From positions 1-47,394 of the forward strand of contig JAZNQG010000200.1 in NCBI GenBank assembly GCA_045590035.1: a DNA stretch of 47,394 nt, in the 5' to 3' direction. Shown in pieces: positions 45,547-47,394 of this stretch. This stretch comes from Clostridia bacterium (GTDB taxonomy: Bacteria; Bacillota; Clostridia; UBA1381). The notes below the pieces were generated by a model. The model made no database searches. It saw nothing but the letters and a program-made list of their open reading frames with translations, and had not been told where the DNA came from. Position numbers and translations under genes: made by a program. The first letter of the stretch is position 1. The number at the start of each line of letters is the position of its first letter.

Positions 45547-46432
45547 TTGAGCCCTCCTTTATAATAATGGCTTTTTCAGAAGAAAATTTGTCCGCAAGCT
45601 CGCCGAAAGTTGCAAATTCAAAATCTCTGTCTCTTAGCATGCCGATAAGCTCTTCTATTCTGGGCTCCTGCTTTCCAAGTCCACGGCGGGCGCGAAGATT
45701 TGTTAAAAATCCTGTTCCCGGTACATCAGGCATAGGAACTTTAGATAACTCAAACGGATGTATGTAAAGTGTATAGGTTTCGGCATCCTTTAAATATGTA
45801 TTTAAAAGTGGTTTCATAAGTGGTTTCCAGGGGAGAAGTCTTATCCAGCCTCCGCCTGACACTGCAATGTTTTTGCCTAAAAATTTTTGTGTGCTTAGCG
45901 CGAATTCAACCATTCCGTCTTTTGTGTATATGCCTTGCATAGGATTTGAAAACTCTTCAAGATTAAGCTCGCCGTAAAGCGGATGGCCCTTTACGTCCAT
46001 TTTGCTTGAGCTATATTTAAATCCGACCTTTTTGACAATTTCGTATCTTTCGTTATCAATGCCGTAGCAAGGTGCGCGGTATCCGATAACCGGTGTGCCC
46101 GAGATATCTTCAAGACGCGCTTTTGCTTCAATAAGTTCATTTTCAAAATCTTCCAATGAAAGCTCAATCGGACGAGTGTGATTTTTTCCGTGACAGGCAA
46201 TTTCGTGCCCGCAGGAAACTGCATACTTAATTGTGCTCTTTACCTGTTCTGCTACACTGCTCAAAATAAAGAATGTTGTTTTTACTCCTGCTCTGTTTAA
46301 AAGCTCGACATAATTTTCAAATCCGTCAAGCATTGAGTAAGATGTATCTGCTTTGCCAAGGAAGTAGTAAAGCTGATGCCAGTCTTCAACATCCATAGAG
46401 AGAATGGCATATTTCTTTTTTAATTCTGTCAT
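45539..46432 (-). CDS. polysaccharide deacetylase family protein (DUF3473-type)
   Basis: MDVEDWHQ N-terminal metal-binding motif, HGKNH, and RAPCYG. It overlaps both neighbouring genes. Confidence 0.8.
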   Translation of the reverse strand: MTELKKKYAILSMDVEDWHQLYYFLGKADTSYSMLDGFENYVELLNRAGVKTTFFILSSVAEQVKSTIKYAVSCGHEIACHGKNHTRPIELSLEDFENELIEAKARLEDISGTPVIGYRAPCYGIDNERYEIVKKVGFKYSSSKMDVKGHPLYGELNLEEFSNPMQGIYTKDGMVEFALSTQKFLGKNIAVSGGGWIRLLPWKPLMKPLLNTYLKDAETYTLYIHPFELSKVPMPDVPGTGFLTNLRARRGLGKQEPRIEELIGMLRDRDFEFATFGELADKFSSEKAIIIKEGSNV

Positions 46433-47085
46433 AGTTCTACCGTTTCTTCCTTTCTTTCTTCGTGTTCTTTGTTAAGCTCGCCTGTTCCGCCTTCTACGAC
46501 GCCGTCTGATTTAAGAACAGACAATATTGTTCCGAAGAAACATTTTATATCCATTAAAAAGCCTTTGAAATTTCCTGAATTTAAAATCTCGGTATAATCG
46601 CCGTCAAGCTTTGCTTTAACGGAAATTTCCAACTCATCTCGTCCGTTTATCTGTGCCCAGCCTGTAAGCCCGGGCTTGATATCATTTGCACCGTATTTGT
46701 CGCGTTCTAAGATAAGGTCTTCCTGATTCCACAAAGCAGGTCTCGGGCCGATGATAGTCATATCGCCTTTCCAGATATTAAAAAGCTGGGGGAGTTCATC
46801 AAGACTGGTTTTTCTGAGAAGTTTGCCTATGCTTGTTATGTACTGGTCGGGATTCTCAAGAAGATGTGTCGGGCAATCTTTCGGAGTGCTCATTTTCATA
46901 CTTCTGAATTTATAAAGGTCAAAATAACTTTTATGTATTCCTATTCTTTTCTGTTTAAAAAATACGGGGCCCGGGTCGGTGATTTTAATAGTTAAAGCAA
47001 CTATCGCCATAGGGATTGCCAAAACAATAATTCCGATAGTGGACAACACAAAATCAATCAATCTTTTAAAAAACTTATTATACAT
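46429..47085 (-). CDS. small monotopic phosphoglycosyl transferase (PglC/EpsL/Cap5M-like initiating sugar transferase)
   Basis: KRLIDF, GPVFFKQKRIG, FRSM, DELPQLFN, GDM.IIGPRP. The ATG at 47085 follows a GAGGT RBS. Confidence 0.92.
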   Translation of the reverse strand: MYNKFFKRLIDFVLSTIGIIVLAIPMAIVALTIKITDPGPVFFKQKRIGIHKSYFDLYKFRSMKMSTPKDCPTHLLENPDQYITSIGKLLRKTSLDELPQLFNIWKGDMTIIGPRPALWNQEDLILERDKYGANDIKPGLTGWAQINGRDELEISVKAKLDGDYTEILNSGNFKGFLMDIKCFFGTILSVLKSDGVVEGGTGELNKEHEERKEETVEL

Positions 47086-47155
47086 AAAAATCAACCTCGC
47101 ACAAAATTATTACATAAAAATACATCAACAAAGCACAAAAATTCTATCTTATTAT

Positions 47156-47184
47156 ATAGTAGCATAAATAATGGGTAATGTCAA
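47156..47184 (-). promoter_or_regulatory. candidate promoter of the polysaccharide operon
   Basis: Minus strand reads TTGACA (47184-47179), a 17 nt spacer, then TACTAT (47161-47156). Confidence 0.6.
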
Positions 47185-47241
47185 TGATTTAGAGCGGAGA
47201 TATATTTTGGTTTTAAGGGTGTATAAATTCATAAATTTGGA

Positions 47242-47270
47242 TTGACTAAACGGCTTTCTTATGATAAAAT
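47242..47270 (+). promoter_or_regulatory. candidate divergent promoter for the rightward gene
   Basis: TTGACT (47242-47247), a 17 nt spacer, then TGa-TAAAAT (47265-47270). Confidence 0.6.
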
Positions 47271-47380
47271 AGACGGGATTTAGAATGGACCGAAGTTATG
47301 ACAAAAAAACAAAAAAGCGAGTTCTGAAAAAACTTTGTAAAGTTTTAAAAACTGCTTAAGTATAAAGGAGAAAATAAATT

Positions 47381-47394
47381 ATGAAACTTGGTAT
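47381..47394 (+). CDS. start of an unidentified CDS that runs off the window
   Basis: An AAAGGAG RBS precedes ATGAAACTTGGTAT. Only 4 codons are visible. Confidence 0.4.

Noticed and set aside
30333-46224. Numerous 60-150 aa antisense or out-of-frame ORFs across the polysaccharide operon (for example 35520-35957, 37190-37642, 44594-44995, 45244-45564).
   Set aside because: Each lies inside a longer ORF with recognisable family motifs. None has an RBS or a recognisable protein signature.

Overview
This 47.4 kb window looks like chromosomal DNA from a low-GC Firmicute, probably Clostridia (inferred from protein similarities, T-box and L-box leaders, and sigma-A-type promoters). I saw no rRNA, CRISPR array, transposase, integrase or phage genes. 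From left to right the content is as follows. (1) Minus-strand housekeeping genes: an unidentified 5' fragment, gatC, and aspS behind a T-box leader, then ftsZ, ftsQ/divIB and murA. (2) A small region bounded by tRNA-Leu(TAA) and convergent tRNA-Arg(CCG). It holds a four-helix-bundle (23S-IVS/Avd-like) gene and a serine hydrolase, and pnuC follows it. (3) tsf-rpsB, a DUF975-like membrane protein, and a three-gene unit in which two paralogous single-pass proteins flank a hemolysin-III/PAQR gene. (4) A stand-alone hisH-hisF pair, an amino-acid ABC transporter and tRNA-Thr. (5) asd-dapA-dapB behind a lysine riboswitch. (6) A LOG-family gene, a cysteine-rich protein and a GH20 hexosaminidase. (7) A Val-Asp-Phe-Gly-Cys tRNA operon. 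(8) gtrA with a GT-C-like membrane protein, and a dehydrogenase/TIM-barrel pair. (9) A roughly 17 kb, 16-gene minus-strand surface-polysaccharide operon (29955-47085). It has a Staphylococcus cap5/8-like capE-capF-capG (UDP-L-FucNAc) module, a wecB-type epimerase, Wzx/Wzy, four glycosyltransferases, an initiating phosphoglycosyl transferase, and unusual passengers: an ATP-grasp ligase, a DUF3473-type deacetylase, an SLC13/IT-superfamily permease, a PF14907-like nucleotidyltransferase and a NeuD-like acyltransferase. The most unusual signal is non-coding. Three intergenic stretches near the tRNA genes (6454-6630, 8238-8407, 8638-8822) are each built from short, unrelated perfect hairpins strung on an exact locus-specific 8-mer. 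The 8-mer repeats 3-4 times and then switches to its reverse complement for 3-4 more copies. A fourth intergenic stretch (2496-2652) folds into a rod-like structure capped by a three-way junction. I cannot assign these to any repeat or RNA family I know. Array C lies between a near-consensus promoter and a strong terminator directly upstream of pnuC.
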